From positions 3,136,001 through 3,200,000 of the forward strand of contig OY760142.1 in NCBI GenBank assembly GCA_963663225.1: 64,000 nt of DNA. Reading direction: 5' to 3'. Source of the DNA: Nitrospirota bacterium. GTDB lineage: Bacteria; Nitrospirota; UBA9217. Positions 47,899-58,387 of the stretch are shown here, piece by piece. The translations under genes were made by a program, and so were the position numbers. How positions within the stretch are numbered: position 1 is the first letter of the stretch; each line of letters opens with the position of its first letter. The notes under the pieces are model-generated. The model did not search any database. It saw nothing but the letters and a program-made list of their open reading frames with translations, and had not been told where the DNA came from.

Positions 47899-49203
47899 AT
47901 GAAGACAAAATATATCAGTTTGCTTCTTTTTGCCGCAATAGTAACACTGACTACCGCCTGCGCTACCGTACCGCTGGCGCAGCAGGAATTGGATATCAGG
48001 GCAAAGAATATGACACCGCCGTCTAACAAGGCGCTGCTCTACGTTTACCGAAATGCCATATTTGTCGGTTCCGCTGTCGCCATGGATATCTATATTGATG
48101 GCAATTCCGTCGGCCAACTAGCGGAAAAGACTTACTTGGTAGTTGTGCTGGAGCCGGGTAAACACAAACTTTCCCAATATCGCGATGAATCAATCAGGGC
48201 AACAAATTACCATCCCCTTAATGTTAAGGCCGGCAATAAGTACTATGTAAGAGTCTCTGCAGCAGTTCCACCGAAGGAAACGCTGGTACTCGGCGGCCTC
48301 GAGAAAACCGATTTTTTAGCCGGTTACAGTCTGATTAATGAAAGTGAAGAACCGCTCCAGATAGTTTCAGGAAAGATCAAAGATCGGGATGTTCCTTCTT
48401 CTACTTCTACATCGTCGCTGCTTGCTCAAGCGTCAGCATCCGATATCGATGAACTCCCGCCGATAAAAACAGCTCAAAACAGAAATGCCTATGCCATAAT
48501 TATCGGAATCGAACACTATCGTCAGAAGCTTCCCCGAGCGGACTTTGCCGTTGCTGACGCAAATACTGTTGCGGCCTACCTTACCAAAGTGCTTGGCTAT
48601 CCGGAAGAAAATGTTGTGACACTTCTAAATGACAGGGCACTGCAAAGCGACTTGACAAAGTACTTTGAAAAATGGCTCCAGAACAACGCTGAAAAAGGAA
48701 GCACAGTTTTTATCTATTATTCAGGCCATGGTGCGCCAAGTATCAAATCTGGCGATGCCTTTTTAGTGCCGTATGATGGCGATCCCTCGTTCATTGAGCA
48801 AACCGGATACTCGCTGAAACGTCTTTACAAAAACTTGAGCACGTTGCCAGCAAAAGAGATTATTGTTGCCCTGGATTCCTGCTTTTCCGGTGCAGGCGGT
48901 AGGTCGGTCATCGCCAAAGGTTCGCGTCCCCTTGTCATGAATCTTCAAACCAACGTTGTACTGCCCAAAAATACGACAGTGCTTTCCGCATCATCCGGTG
49001 ATCAGACAAGCTCTGCGTACGAAGAAAAGGGACATGGACTATTCACGTATTTCATGCTTAAAGGAATTAAGACTGAAAACATCGTTGCTCAGGACGGCTC
49101 CATAAAAATAAGCGATCTGTTTCACTACATCAAACCCAATGTAGAGCGCATCGCAAGGAAGCACTATAATACGGAGCAGACACCACAACTGATCAGCCAG
49201 TAA
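47899..49203 (+). CDS. Caspase-family (peptidase C14) lipoprotein with DUF2846-like N-domain
   Basis: TACAT lipobox; KALLYVYRN..IYIDG..EPGKH; YYSGHG and LDSCFSG. Confidence 0.9.
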   Translation: MKTKYISLLLFAAIVTLTTACATVPLAQQELDIRAKNMTPPSNKALLYVYRNAIFVGSAVAMDIYIDGNSVGQLAEKTYLVVVLEPGKHKLSQYRDESIRATNYHPLNVKAGNKYYVRVSAAVPPKETLVLGGLEKTDFLAGYSLINESEEPLQIVSGKIKDRDVPSSTSTSSLLAQASASDIDELPPIKTAQNRNAYAIIIGIEHYRQKLPRADFAVADANTVAAYLTKVLGYPEENVVTLLNDRALQSDLTKYFEKWLQNNAEKGSTVFIYYSGHGAPSIKSGDAFLVPYDGDPSFIEQTGYSLKRLYKNLSTLPAKEIIVALDSCFSGAGGRSVIAKGSRPLVMNLQTNVVLPKNTTVLSASSGDQTSSAYEEKGHGLFTYFMLKGIKTENIVAQDGSIKISDLFHYIKPNVERIARKHYNTEQTPQLISQ

Positions 49204-49219
49204 AAAAATAGGAGTTTGG

Positions 49220-50038
49220 ATGAAAAAAATATTTTTCTTATGCTGTATCATGCTTATAATCCCCCTAACCGGTCTTGCGACGGAAAAACCGGTCTGGGTC
49301 GAGGCAACGGGAGAATCTCAGCTCGGTGATACAGATACTCTGAAAGAAGTGAAGGACAGAGCAAAACGCGATGCCCAGAGCAAGGCGGTCGAAAAAGCGG
49401 TCGGTACCTTCATCAAGTCACACACGCTGGTCTCAAACTTTCAACTTGCCGATGATCTGATTTATGCGGCTGTTCGCGGAAAAATTGAAAAATCAGAAAC
49501 TCTGCAGGAAGGCTGGGATGAAAAGGATCGCAACCTATACCGCGTCAGGATCAAAGCCCTCGTTGATCCTGTTTATCCGGGAAAAGATCATGGCTTTTCT
49601 CTGAAAATCGCAATGTCCAAAAACATACTAAAAGAAGATGAAGAGGTCAGAATATTCTACCAATCCAGCAGAGAGTGCTACGTTTACATTTTTTCAATCG
49701 CTGCGGATGGATCCGTAACCGTGCTTTTCCCCAATTCTGTGAACAAAGACAATCATCTTCTGCTTGATAAAGCCTATGAATTTCCGCCTGCCGGCAGTCC
49801 TCTCAAATTAAAAGCCAGCTTCCTGCCTGATTTTAAAGGAAAAACAGCGGAAGAGCGGATTAAAATCATTGCCACGGCCAGAGAGGAGGCCATTGTTCCT
49901 CTGGGATTTCAGGAGGGTATGTTCAAAATGTATGATGCAAAATCAACGGGCATGATCAGCGATCTGGCCAGAAAACTGAACCAGATTGATCCCGCGGAGT
50001 GGACGGAAGCAACGGCAACTTACAAAATTGTGCGATAA
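49220..50038 (+). CDS. Exported protein with FlgT-N/LPP20-like and DUF4384-like domains
   Basis: WVEATG..AKRDA..AVEKAVG; CYVYIFSIAADGSVTVLFPN. Confidence 0.7.
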   Translation: MKKIFFLCCIMLIIPLTGLATEKPVWVEATGESQLGDTDTLKEVKDRAKRDAQSKAVEKAVGTFIKSHTLVSNFQLADDLIYAAVRGKIEKSETLQEGWDEKDRNLYRVRIKALVDPVYPGKDHGFSLKIAMSKNILKEDEEVRIFYQSSRECYVYIFSIAADGSVTVLFPNSVNKDNHLLLDKAYEFPPAGSPLKLKASFLPDFKGKTAEERIKIIATAREEAIVPLGFQEGMFKMYDAKSTGMISDLARKLNQIDPAEWTEATATYKIVR

Positions 50039-50042
50039 CACA

Positions 50043-51467
50043 TCAACCGCTTTCCGGTTTTACCATGATAGATTTTCTTTCCCTCAACGTCACCAGGCCG
50101 GGTTTGGCCCCCTTCGGCTTTTTAACAAACCGCGCGCGCGTATAGGCAACTGACACCTTTCCTGCGAGTTTGCCTTTGCTGTAGTATGCCGCCAAAGCAG
50201 CCGCTTTTACCAGTACCTCCACTGGAATCTCTGCATTGTTCGGATTTTTGACCAGGACATGTGATCCTGGCATTCCTTCGGCATGGAGCCAGAGGTCATC
50301 GGCATGAGCAAGCTTTGTCGTAATGTAATCATTGCCAAGCGCACCTTTTCCCACGCAAATTTCCCAGCCATGAAAGGTGAAAGTCCTGAATCCCGGGGTC
50401 AGCGGCTCAGAATATTTTTTCTCTTTATTATTTTCTTTGATATATCCTTCGGCAACAAGCATTGAACGGATGGAAGCGAGATCGCTGCGGGTGTGTGCTT
50501 TATCAATATCTCTGTGCAAAGTTTTCAGAAATGCCGTTTCCTCTTCCGCAGAACGCAACCGCTGTTGAATAATAGCCAGTCCTGCTTTAGCTTTTTTATA
50601 TTTTTTAAAATATCTGTCTGCATTCCGGCTGGGTGAAAGCCTTGGATCGAGCGGGATGGCCTCGATTTTCCCTTCGTAATCCGAAAGCTGGGCAAGTTCC
50701 ATTCCCGGTTTCAGCCGATCTATATTGGCAAGGATCACCATACCCGCCTTTTTATACTCTTCTGCACGGTCTGCAGAAGTTAAATCGTTAGAAAGCGCTG
50801 CGAGTCTGCGTTCTGTCTTTAATAGCGTGCGGCGGATTAACGAAACCAGCATAGTTCGCAGTGACGTAAATTCACGCTGTTCGATGACCTGCTGATAATA
50901 AAGCTCCGCCTCTTTGCTCGGAGAACCAACGCTCTCTTCTTGTCGGATTGTTGCATCCTGGGCAGCATGATCAACAGACGGCGGTGCTTTTTTCGATGGG
51001 GGAACATATTGTATTCCCGGCAGCATCGGTCTTGCGGTATCAGAAGAAAAAGGTCTCGGGTAGTATACAGCCAGGATGGTTGCGGATGAATCGGTGAGAA
51101 TGATATTGGGAAACGTTCCGATAAGTTCAAACACCAGCCGGTACCCCGTCCCCGCTTTTTCAAAGAGAAATTCTGCTACTCTGTCCCGGTTCAGCAGGCC
51201 AAGACCTGCGAGTCGAGCACCGGTCAGATGGCTTCGAAGGTACAGTGTTAAAGAATGTGTTACAGGAACCGATACCGGTTTTGCGGTCACCAGATGCAAT
51301 CGGGGCAGTAACCGGTCAGGTGACAGTAAAAGGAAATAATTTTTCCTGTCCCGATGAAATGAAAAATATAGGCCGCCTTCAGCCCCCTGATAGACCCGCT
51401 CCAGCCGGCCGCCGGGGAGAAAAGCAGCAAGTTCATCTACGACGTGTGAGAGGAGTTCGAATTTCAT
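50043..51467 (-). CDS. rqcH: NFACT/RqcH (FbpA) ribosome quality-control family protein
   Basis: LVFELIG..NIIL, NADRYFKKYKKAK, VGK..NDYIT..DLWLHA..PGSHV, VKKPKGAKPG. Confidence 0.85.
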   Translation of the reverse strand: MKFELLSHVVDELAAFLPGGRLERVYQGAEGGLYFSFHRDRKNYFLLLSPDRLLPRLHLVTAKPVSVPVTHSLTLYLRSHLTGARLAGLGLLNRDRVAEFLFEKAGTGYRLVFELIGTFPNIILTDSSATILAVYYPRPFSSDTARPMLPGIQYVPPSKKAPPSVDHAAQDATIRQEESVGSPSKEAELYYQQVIEQREFTSLRTMLVSLIRRTLLKTERRLAALSNDLTSADRAEEYKKAGMVILANIDRLKPGMELAQLSDYEGKIEAIPLDPRLSPSRNADRYFKKYKKAKAGLAIIQQRLRSAEEETAFLKTLHRDIDKAHTRSDLASIRSMLVAEGYIKENNKEKKYSEPLTPGFRTFTFHGWEICVGKGALGNDYITTKLAHADDLWLHAEGMPGSHVLVKNPNNAEIPVEVLVKAAALAAYYSKGKLAGKVSVAYTRARFVKKPKGAKPGLVTLRERKSIMVKPESG

Positions 51468-51576
51468 TGAATATTTGCTAAAAATTCATGGGACGTTTGT
51501 AAAAACGGTTGAAGCCTATCAGAAGCAGGACTGTATGTCAACAGTTCAGCCGGCTGAAGACTCTGCTGAAAAAGTG

Positions 51577-51613
51577 AAAAGACCCCGTCTTATCAGCAAA
51601 GAAGGGGTCTTTT
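51577..51613. terminator. Bidirectional-type intrinsic terminator hairpin
   Basis: aaaagacccc..ggggtctttt inverted repeat. Confidence 0.65.
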
Positions 51614-51777
51614 AAGAATTCATATATCCTTTTCCGGAGTTCGACCGTTTTTGATTACGATACCCCCACTGATGTCTTGTGCTGCAGGACAATCATTCTG
51701 GGCAGCATCACACGTTCCAATAGCGTGATGCCGTTATCTGAATGCACAGTCAGCGCTGGCGTAACAGTCCGGGGAGT

Positions 51778-53118
51778 TCAAATTTTCCACTGTAATTCCC
51801 ATCTGATAAATGTTGCGGCATCTCGATTTGCAGGCGCATAGTAATCGCCCGGTACAAAATCCTCGATCAGCAGATAACCGTCGATGGTCTTGGAAAATTT
51901 GTGGGCGAGCTTTGCAATATACAGGTCACCACGCTTTTTTCCACCTTGTGAAAACATGCCTGTTCCGATCGTATTTTCATTCGCCAGCATATACGTATAG
52001 GACAGATCAAGAGTTGTAGCAGGCGTCAGAGCAAACTTCAAGGATGCCCGGGCGGCCTGAAGATTGGTCCAATATGCCACAATGCCCCCTGATTCCTTTG
52101 CAAGAGATAAGCAATAGAGTTCGCTGAGCCAGGGGAACCGGGAGAAGAGCGGGTCCCAGCTTCCGTCTTTATCAGGAGAATTCGGCTTATCGCCGGAAAG
52201 ATAGACATACCCCAACTCCCAGGATGGTGTAAAGGGCACGGTATCATATTTCTGGCTCACATAGGCATAGCCGCCATCCGCCTCCCTCTTCATCCCGTTG
52301 TCATACGATCCGAACTGGTGTGCGTATTCACCCCGTGCGTTCACTCCGCGCCAGCCGCTTCCAACGGAGTATGTGAAACGTGCGCCAAGCGTGTTCAGTC
52401 TGAGCACGTTGGAGGAATATTCCGCTTTCCATACATAATACGGTTCTATGCCGAAATCATCAAAGGGCTTCAAATTTCCATATACGACCACCGCTTCTTC
52501 ATTATAGCCACTCAGGTTGCGTTTGGGGGAGGAAAACATGATCGGCAGACTGTTTTCATAGGCCTGATCGGTGATATAAATAAGATCAGCACTTGTTTTT
52601 TCGCTGAATTTTACCGTCGCCTTCGCCGCATTGAAATAAAAGCTGCGGGACCCGTCTCCCGGCGTGCCGTCCATGAGTATGAATCCGTCTCCATACATCA
52701 GGTCTTGCCTGCCGATGCTCACATCAACAGGCAGTCCCGCGATGTTGTTTCCATACACGATAAGGTTATCAAAAAAAATTTCATCCTTATTGAGCCCGAG
52801 CGGCCTGCTTCCCGGATTGGTATTGGTGGAATCAAAAAAGTAGCGGGCCTCGTTCGTGAGTTTAACATAAAACCCATATTTTTTGTTCAGTTCAACTCTG
52901 TCCCAAATCGATGTTTTGAGACGGAGATAATTGTCGTCATTGTTGGGCCTTCCCGTCCCCGGATCCACTGACTGAAAGGTGAATACATTATCCCATACTT
53001 CCTGTCTTAACCGCAGCGAAAGCCCGAATGTGTTATCCAGTTCGGCATACGCTGACGTGGCTATAAAAAATCCTGCCGCAAGCGCAACTATTCCTCTCAC
53101 AAAAAATCTGTTCAACAT
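51778..53118 (-). CDS. Alginate export family outer-membrane protein
   Basis: Signal peptide; IGRQDLMYGDGF, YLSGD..WDPLF; beta-barrel end. Confidence 0.8.
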   Translation of the reverse strand: MLNRFFVRGIVALAAGFFIATSAYAELDNTFGLSLRLRQEVWDNVFTFQSVDPGTGRPNNDDNYLRLKTSIWDRVELNKKYGFYVKLTNEARYFFDSTNTNPGSRPLGLNKDEIFFDNLIVYGNNIAGLPVDVSIGRQDLMYGDGFILMDGTPGDGSRSFYFNAAKATVKFSEKTSADLIYITDQAYENSLPIMFSSPKRNLSGYNEEAVVVYGNLKPFDDFGIEPYYVWKAEYSSNVLRLNTLGARFTYSVGSGWRGVNARGEYAHQFGSYDNGMKREADGGYAYVSQKYDTVPFTPSWELGYVYLSGDKPNSPDKDGSWDPLFSRFPWLSELYCLSLAKESGGIVAYWTNLQAARASLKFALTPATTLDLSYTYMLANENTIGTGMFSQGGKKRGDLYIAKLAHKFSKTIDGYLLIEDFVPGDYYAPANRDAATFIRWELQWKI

Positions 53119-53255
53119 ATCCTCCCCCCTCCCTTGCAATGCAACTCGCTTCAATCTGTTCTACTGATCTGTTTACTTATTCCCCCTGTAATCTTGACGA
53201 AAGCACACCTGTCGTACATTAAACCAATACAGCAACACAGCACATTCTTATTTTT

Positions 53256-54011
53256 TCAGGGAATGCCTAGGATTTTATGTATTTGAGGAATCACTCGGGC
53301 ATTTTGAATGATTTTGAGAACAGCTTCATGAAACTCTACAAGCATAGCCGCTGAAGGAGCAAAGCAGCCGCTTGCCGGCTGAATAACAAAAGGAATTTCA
53401 TCATCAAACCCTGCGATAATTTCGGCAGCTGCCATGACATCATCCAGGGACGTGGCATTGGTTACGACCACCTTGATAAACAGGGTCAAGCCTTGCGCAG
53501 CGGCAAGGAACTGCTTGTGCTCCCCCCAAAACGGCTGCAGGCCGGTTGCCGACGGCAGCTTGAAATCCATGCTTATTACATCGACCACGGAACGAAGGTC
53601 CTTCATGGCTGCTGCATGCAGGCCATTCGTCTCTAAATAAATCCGGAACGTCTTTCGTGTCAGGGGAAGGAACTCCAGTAAAAAATCATGGTGCAGCAGC
53701 GGCTCCCCTCCGGTCAGGCTGATTGTAGGACGTGAGGGACCCGGTATGACCAGGTTTGAGCAAAAGTCGACAAGATCGCCGCTGGAGACAGGATTGGGGA
53801 TCTGCTTGTACTGTAGCGGTTCTTTGGATATCTGCACATTGCAGAAGTGCGGCTCTTGTTCACCGGAAGTACTGTTGGTGGGAGCAAGCGTATCACAATA
53901 CTGGCAACGGATATCGCAGCCTGCAAAGCGCACAAAAATATGACGCTCCCCGATCCAAGGCCCTTCGCCCTGGATGGATGAAAAAATTTCCTGTAGAAAA
54001 GCCTGTTTCAT
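53256..54011 (-). CDS. queE: 7-carboxy-7-deazaguanine synthase (radical SAM)
   Basis: EIFSSIQGEG, FVRFAGCDIRCQYCDT, TGGEPL, YLETNG, IPQIHK. Confidence 0.9.
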   Translation of the reverse strand: MKQAFLQEIFSSIQGEGPWIGERHIFVRFAGCDIRCQYCDTLAPTNSTSGEQEPHFCNVQISKEPLQYKQIPNPVSSGDLVDFCSNLVIPGPSRPTISLTGGEPLLHHDFLLEFLPLTRKTFRIYLETNGLHAAAMKDLRSVVDVISMDFKLPSATGLQPFWGEHKQFLAAAQGLTLFIKVVVTNATSLDDVMAAAEIIAGFDDEIPFVIQPASGCFAPSAAMLVEFHEAVLKIIQNARVIPQIHKILGIP

Positions 54012-54202
54012 CGGAAGCAATAATACAGAACAATGGTACGAATTACAAGGAGTCGTTTATTTTTATTAAAGATAGGCTGAAAACGGCCGAAACATACTGT
54101 ATTATGTGATAATTTCCATATACACAAAAATGCAGGAATACACATAATATCTTGACAAAACAGCATAAATAAGGTAATTTTATGTGCAATAAAGGAGGGA
54201 TA

Positions 54203-55537
54203 ATGCGCAATCGTTTTATCCTTATTTTTCTATCAGTTATAGCCTTTTCTTTTCTCATGCTGACGTCAGGATACGCAGAATATCCATCCTCCGCAGATAC
54301 GGCAACAGTCCCCCAGCAATTGCAACCACCCTCTGAAGATGTTATCAAGCTGGAAGAAGGCATCGATGATTCTGTAGTGGAAAAACCTTATAATATCCCG
54401 ATGGTTCTGAATGACAGCGTGGAAAACCATCTCGAATATTTTAAAACGCGCGGTAGAGACGCATTTCAGCTCTGGCTCGACCGTTCAGCCCGTTATATTC
54501 CGCTTATGAAGGAAATTTTCAAGCAGAAGAACTTGCCGGAAGATCTGGTTTATATCGCAATGATCGAAAGCGGGTTCAACCCGTACGCCGTATCCTGGGC
54601 AAAGGCCGTTGGTCCATGGCAGTTTATGAGCGCAACCGGCAAACTATATGGCCTTAAAATTGACTGGTGGATTGACGAGCGCAAAGATCCGGTAAAATCT
54701 ACTAACGCTGCCGCGGAACATCTGAAGGATCTGCGCAATCTCTTCGGATCCTGGCCGCTGGCAATGGCTTCATACAATGCAGGCGCCGGGAAGGTGCAGC
54801 GTGCCGTCCTCAGAACCCGGTCCGAGGACTTTTGGGACCTGAAGGCCTCCCGGTATATCAGAAAAGAAACAAAAAATTACGTGCCGAAATTCATGGCTGC
54901 CACCATCATAGCAAAAAACCCGGAGTCGTACGGCTTTACTGTGTCAAAATTCGAGCCGTTCAAGTATGACGAAATCGTTCTCGATGAAAGCACCGATCTT
55001 CGTCTTGTCGCACGTTGCACCGGCGCCACCTATCAGGAGATCAAAGAACTGAATCCGGAACTGCGGCGATGGGTGACCCCTCCTGGCTTCGAAAAATACA
55101 CGTTGCGCATTCCGGCCGGAAAAAAAGAACTGTTCCTTGCAAATTTTGCGGCCATTCCTCCCGAACAAAAAATCAAGTGGGAGCGGCATGAGGTTAAAAA
55201 GGGAGAGACCCTGTCTCAGATTGCAAATCAGTACAACACGGTTCCCGAAGCGATCCGGGACATTAACGGGCTTAAGAAAAACCGCGTGTCACCAGGCAAA
55301 CACTTGCTGATTCCGGTGGACCTTAACGGAAAACAGGATGTCAGCTACCTGACAACAGTTGAAGGCGGGAAACGACAGCAGATCCTTTATCGGGTACGAC
55401 GGGGCGAAACAATCACAAAAGTTGCCCAAAAACATAATGTAAGTGTTGCCGACATTCGGGAGTGGAACAAGGGCCTCGGTAAATCCCTGCGGGCAGGACA
55501 GAAAATCAAGCTGGTTGTTGACACTGACAACATCTGA
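54203..55537 (+). CDS. mltD: Lytic transglycosylase with LysM domains (MltD-like)
   Basis: IESGFNP, A.GPWQFM, ASYNAG, ETKNYVPK, LysM repeats. Confidence 0.9.
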   Translation: MRNRFILIFLSVIAFSFLMLTSGYAEYPSSADTATVPQQLQPPSEDVIKLEEGIDDSVVEKPYNIPMVLNDSVENHLEYFKTRGRDAFQLWLDRSARYIPLMKEIFKQKNLPEDLVYIAMIESGFNPYAVSWAKAVGPWQFMSATGKLYGLKIDWWIDERKDPVKSTNAAAEHLKDLRNLFGSWPLAMASYNAGAGKVQRAVLRTRSEDFWDLKASRYIRKETKNYVPKFMAATIIAKNPESYGFTVSKFEPFKYDEIVLDESTDLRLVARCTGATYQEIKELNPELRRWVTPPGFEKYTLRIPAGKKELFLANFAAIPPEQKIKWERHEVKKGETLSQIANQYNTVPEAIRDINGLKKNRVSPGKHLLIPVDLNGKQDVSYLTTVEGGKRQQILYRVRRGETITKVAQKHNVSVADIREWNKGLGKSLRAGQKIKLVVDTDNI

Positions 55538-55739
55538 CAGGAAGCGAACAGCAACTCAGCAAGTACTCAACGCTTCATACTGCATCAATTGCTTTATCTA
55601 AGCCAGAACTCAAGACCTTCGCATTCATCACTCGACCCTCCTGCTCTCCGCAATGACCGCGAGTATGCATTCCTTGTCTGCGTTCAACAGATCGCCCATG
55701 ACTGAGGAAATAACCAAGTGCCAGGATGTGATTCCTCTT

Positions 55740-56453
55740 CTACTTTGCTTCTTTTCCCGTACCGGGAACCGAGAAAGGTACTGCGCTCTGCGTTTTTGTC
55801 ATTGCCTCCATGGCCCACGTCGTACCGCCGAGTTTGCTCAGCACCAGTTTGTATTTCTTCTGTGCTTCCGCGATGTTCCCTGTCGTCTCATACAGCTTTG
55901 CAAGCTCGATTGTCGAGACGCCGGGACCATTGAGAGACTCTGCCTGCTCCCACGCTTTTATGGCTTCACTCTGGTTATTTAGCCCTTGATAAATATATCC
56001 TACTCGCTGATATACGAGACCGAGCAGAAATCTGTCTCCTGAATACTGTGAAATGAATTTTTTATATTCCTTGAGAGCCTCGTCTGTCTGGCCCAGATTC
56101 ACGAGACAATTGCCGATATAGTACTGTGCAATCGCTCCATTCACGGTACTGGGATATTTTTGCTGCACATCGCGAAAAAGACCGAGGGCTTTTTGATAGT
56201 CGGGAACGGTCCCGGCCGAAGGACGATAATATTCATATGCCGCGGAAACGAGTGGCGATGCATTCTTCTCCTGCACTGAGCGCAGCACCAGATACCCCGC
56301 CGCAATCAGAAATACCGCGATAACAGACAGGCAAGCAACAAGCAACTGCTTTTTATAGGTTATCGCAAAATCGGTAATCCGGTGGGCAATGGTCATGAAT
56401 TCCTGATTAGGCTGTTTTTTTGCATTATTATCTCTTTTTTTGATCGTCGGCAT
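55740..56453 (-). CDS. Membrane-anchored TPR protein (YfgM-like)
   Basis: Single TM followed by TPR helices. Confidence 0.75.
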   Translation of the reverse strand: MPTIKKRDNNAKKQPNQEFMTIAHRITDFAITYKKQLLVACLSVIAVFLIAAGYLVLRSVQEKNASPLVSAAYEYYRPSAGTVPDYQKALGLFRDVQQKYPSTVNGAIAQYYIGNCLVNLGQTDEALKEYKKFISQYSGDRFLLGLVYQRVGYIYQGLNNQSEAIKAWEQAESLNGPGVSTIELAKLYETTGNIAEAQKKYKLVLSKLGGTTWAMEAMTKTQSAVPFSVPGTGKEAK

Positions 56454-56519
56454 GAATCTCCTCCCAAGAAATTGGCGGTTTGCAGGATGCGGATTAAGTG
56501 GCAGCAATCCCTGGCTACA

Positions 56520-57182
56520 TCATTGCTTCCAAGCAGCAAGTGCTTTTGCTGCCAATTTTTTTGAGTTTTGAAGAACAGTCAAAATTGCAGTGCGGTCCAG
56601 ACCGGCTCCGAGCAGAATTCTCTGCGCCTGTTCATCGGTAATAAGATCTCCGGGCTCGTGGGTGTCCGTATCGATGACAAGCTTTGCCCCGGTCTCCAAG
56701 GCCAGTTTCGCCACATGGCCATTGGACAAACTGTGGCCCTTGCGGGACGTGATCTCGAGGTGGACACCGTTCCGCGCGGCCAGTTCAGCTTCGTCTCCGC
56801 TCAGAAGGCCGGGATGAGCAAGGATATCCACACCCGCCTCGATTGCCGCCCGATTCGTTCCCGGATGCACGGGTTCAACAAGCGTTTCGCCATGCGCAAC
56901 AACAACAACGGCGCCAAGAGAGCGTGACCGCTCCACAAGCTCACCGAACGTTTCCGGCGGAATGTGAGTAAGCTCGATTCCGGGCAGGGCCGTTATGTTC
57001 CATCGCCGGTTCAGCTCCCTGCATGCAGCCGTGACGCGTGGAATGATAAAATCAAAGTTTGACGCGTCCGCATGATCGGTAATCGCTATTACTTCATAAC
57101 CGTGGATGACCGCCCGGCGGACCAGTTCCGACGGAACCAGCACTCCGTCACTGAAAAAAGAATGCGTGTGGAGATCGATCAT
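56520..57182 (-). CDS. PHP-domain phosphoesterase family protein
   Basis: IDLHTHS..SDG, ITDH, DILAHPG, DTDTH. Confidence 0.88.
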   Translation of the reverse strand: MIDLHTHSFFSDGVLVPSELVRRAVIHGYEVIAITDHADASNFDFIIPRVTAACRELNRRWNITALPGIELTHIPPETFGELVERSRSLGAVVVVAHGETLVEPVHPGTNRAAIEAGVDILAHPGLLSGDEAELAARNGVHLEITSRKGHSLSNGHVAKLALETGAKLVIDTDTHEPGDLITDEQAQRILLGAGLDRTAILTVLQNSKKLAAKALAAWKQ

Positions 57183-57212
57183 GGCAACACCTCGGGTGCA
57201 GCGTGACTGGCA

Positions 57213-58166
57213 TTATTTTGAAGCGATTGAAAACTTTTTCCCCTGGTAACTTCCGCGCTGCTCCATATAGAGATCCAGGTCTTTGAGCAACTGATAGCGC
57301 GTTTTGTGCCAAAGGGGTGCGATCAGGATGTCATCCGGTGCTGCGGCAAACAGCCTCTGCAAAACAATGTCCGGAGAAAGCCGTTCCAGAAAATCTGCGA
57401 GCATTTCTATCCATGCATGATAACCGAATGTCGAAAAAGGCTCCCTGGCAAAAACATCAGCCAGAGCCGTATGCTGCACCACCTGGAGCTGATGTATCTT
57501 GAGAAATTCGAGCGGCAGCCGGGAGAGCGCATCCGCCATGCCGAGCATTTCCTCCCGCGTCTCGGTGGGAAAACCCAGAATAAGGTGTGCGCCGACCCGG
57601 ATTCCTTTTCCGGTGGTCATCGAAAGGGCGTTTTGAAAGCACTCCCACGTATGGCCCCGGTTTATAAATGCCAGCGTTTTGTCGTAAATCGACTGGAGTC
57701 CGTATTCTACAAGGATAAAATAGTCTTTGGCAAGTTCTTCAAGAAGCGCTATTTTTTCCGCATCAATACAGTCCGGTCGTGTCCCGATGGCAAGCCCGAG
57801 TACATCGGGATTATCCAATGCCTCCCGATACAGCGTTGCAAGCGTTTCTACCGTCGCATACGTATTTGAGTATGGCTGAAAATATACGATAAACTTCTCA
57901 GCTCCGTAGCGGGAGCGAAGATACGGGACGCCTCTCTCGATTTGCTTCCGGATGGATTCAGCGCTTGAACATGCTTCAGGTCTGAAGCTGTCGTTATTAC
58001 AGTAAATGCAGCCGCCTGATGCGACCGTACCGTCGCGATTAGGGCAGGTAAACCCCGCGTCTACATTGACCTTGTAAACCGCCTTGCCATATATATCTTT
58101 CATGTACTGCCCGAAGGCTTTATAATGTCTTGATGCAGTTTTTTTGTTAAATTCAGCTACTTTCAT
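57213..58166 (-). CDS. TIGR01212 (YhcC-like) radical SAM protein
   Basis: GFTCPNRDG..GGCIYC, YFQPYSNTY, IGTRPDC, INRGH. Confidence 0.92.
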   Translation of the reverse strand: MKVAEFNKKTASRHYKAFGQYMKDIYGKAVYKVNVDAGFTCPNRDGTVASGGCIYCNNDSFRPEACSSAESIRKQIERGVPYLRSRYGAEKFIVYFQPYSNTYATVETLATLYREALDNPDVLGLAIGTRPDCIDAEKIALLEELAKDYFILVEYGLQSIYDKTLAFINRGHTWECFQNALSMTTGKGIRVGAHLILGFPTETREEMLGMADALSRLPLEFLKIHQLQVVQHTALADVFAREPFSTFGYHAWIEMLADFLERLSPDIVLQRLFAAAPDDILIAPLWHKTRYQLLKDLDLYMEQRGSYQGKKFSIASK

Positions 58167-58387
58167 GACAACATCTATATTGATTCCGCAATCATAACCG
58201 CCGGGGCCGCTTCAAGTGCAATCCTGCGATTTGAAGTCTCAATAATCCTTATCGCTTATTTGTTGATGAAACACTATACCAGAGGAGAAACAAAAAATCC
58301 AGAATGGAATTAAGTAGTTCAGCTCCGGAGTATAGAAAAAATTGCTGCACTCTTCGAACTCATCCGAAGCGTTCAGATGGCATCCGA

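Noticed and set aside
53256-54011. queE as part of a deazaguanine DNA-modification (Dpd) island
   Set aside because: Lies in housekeeping context more than 20 kb from the prophage, with no dpdA/tgt-like or other que genes adjacent
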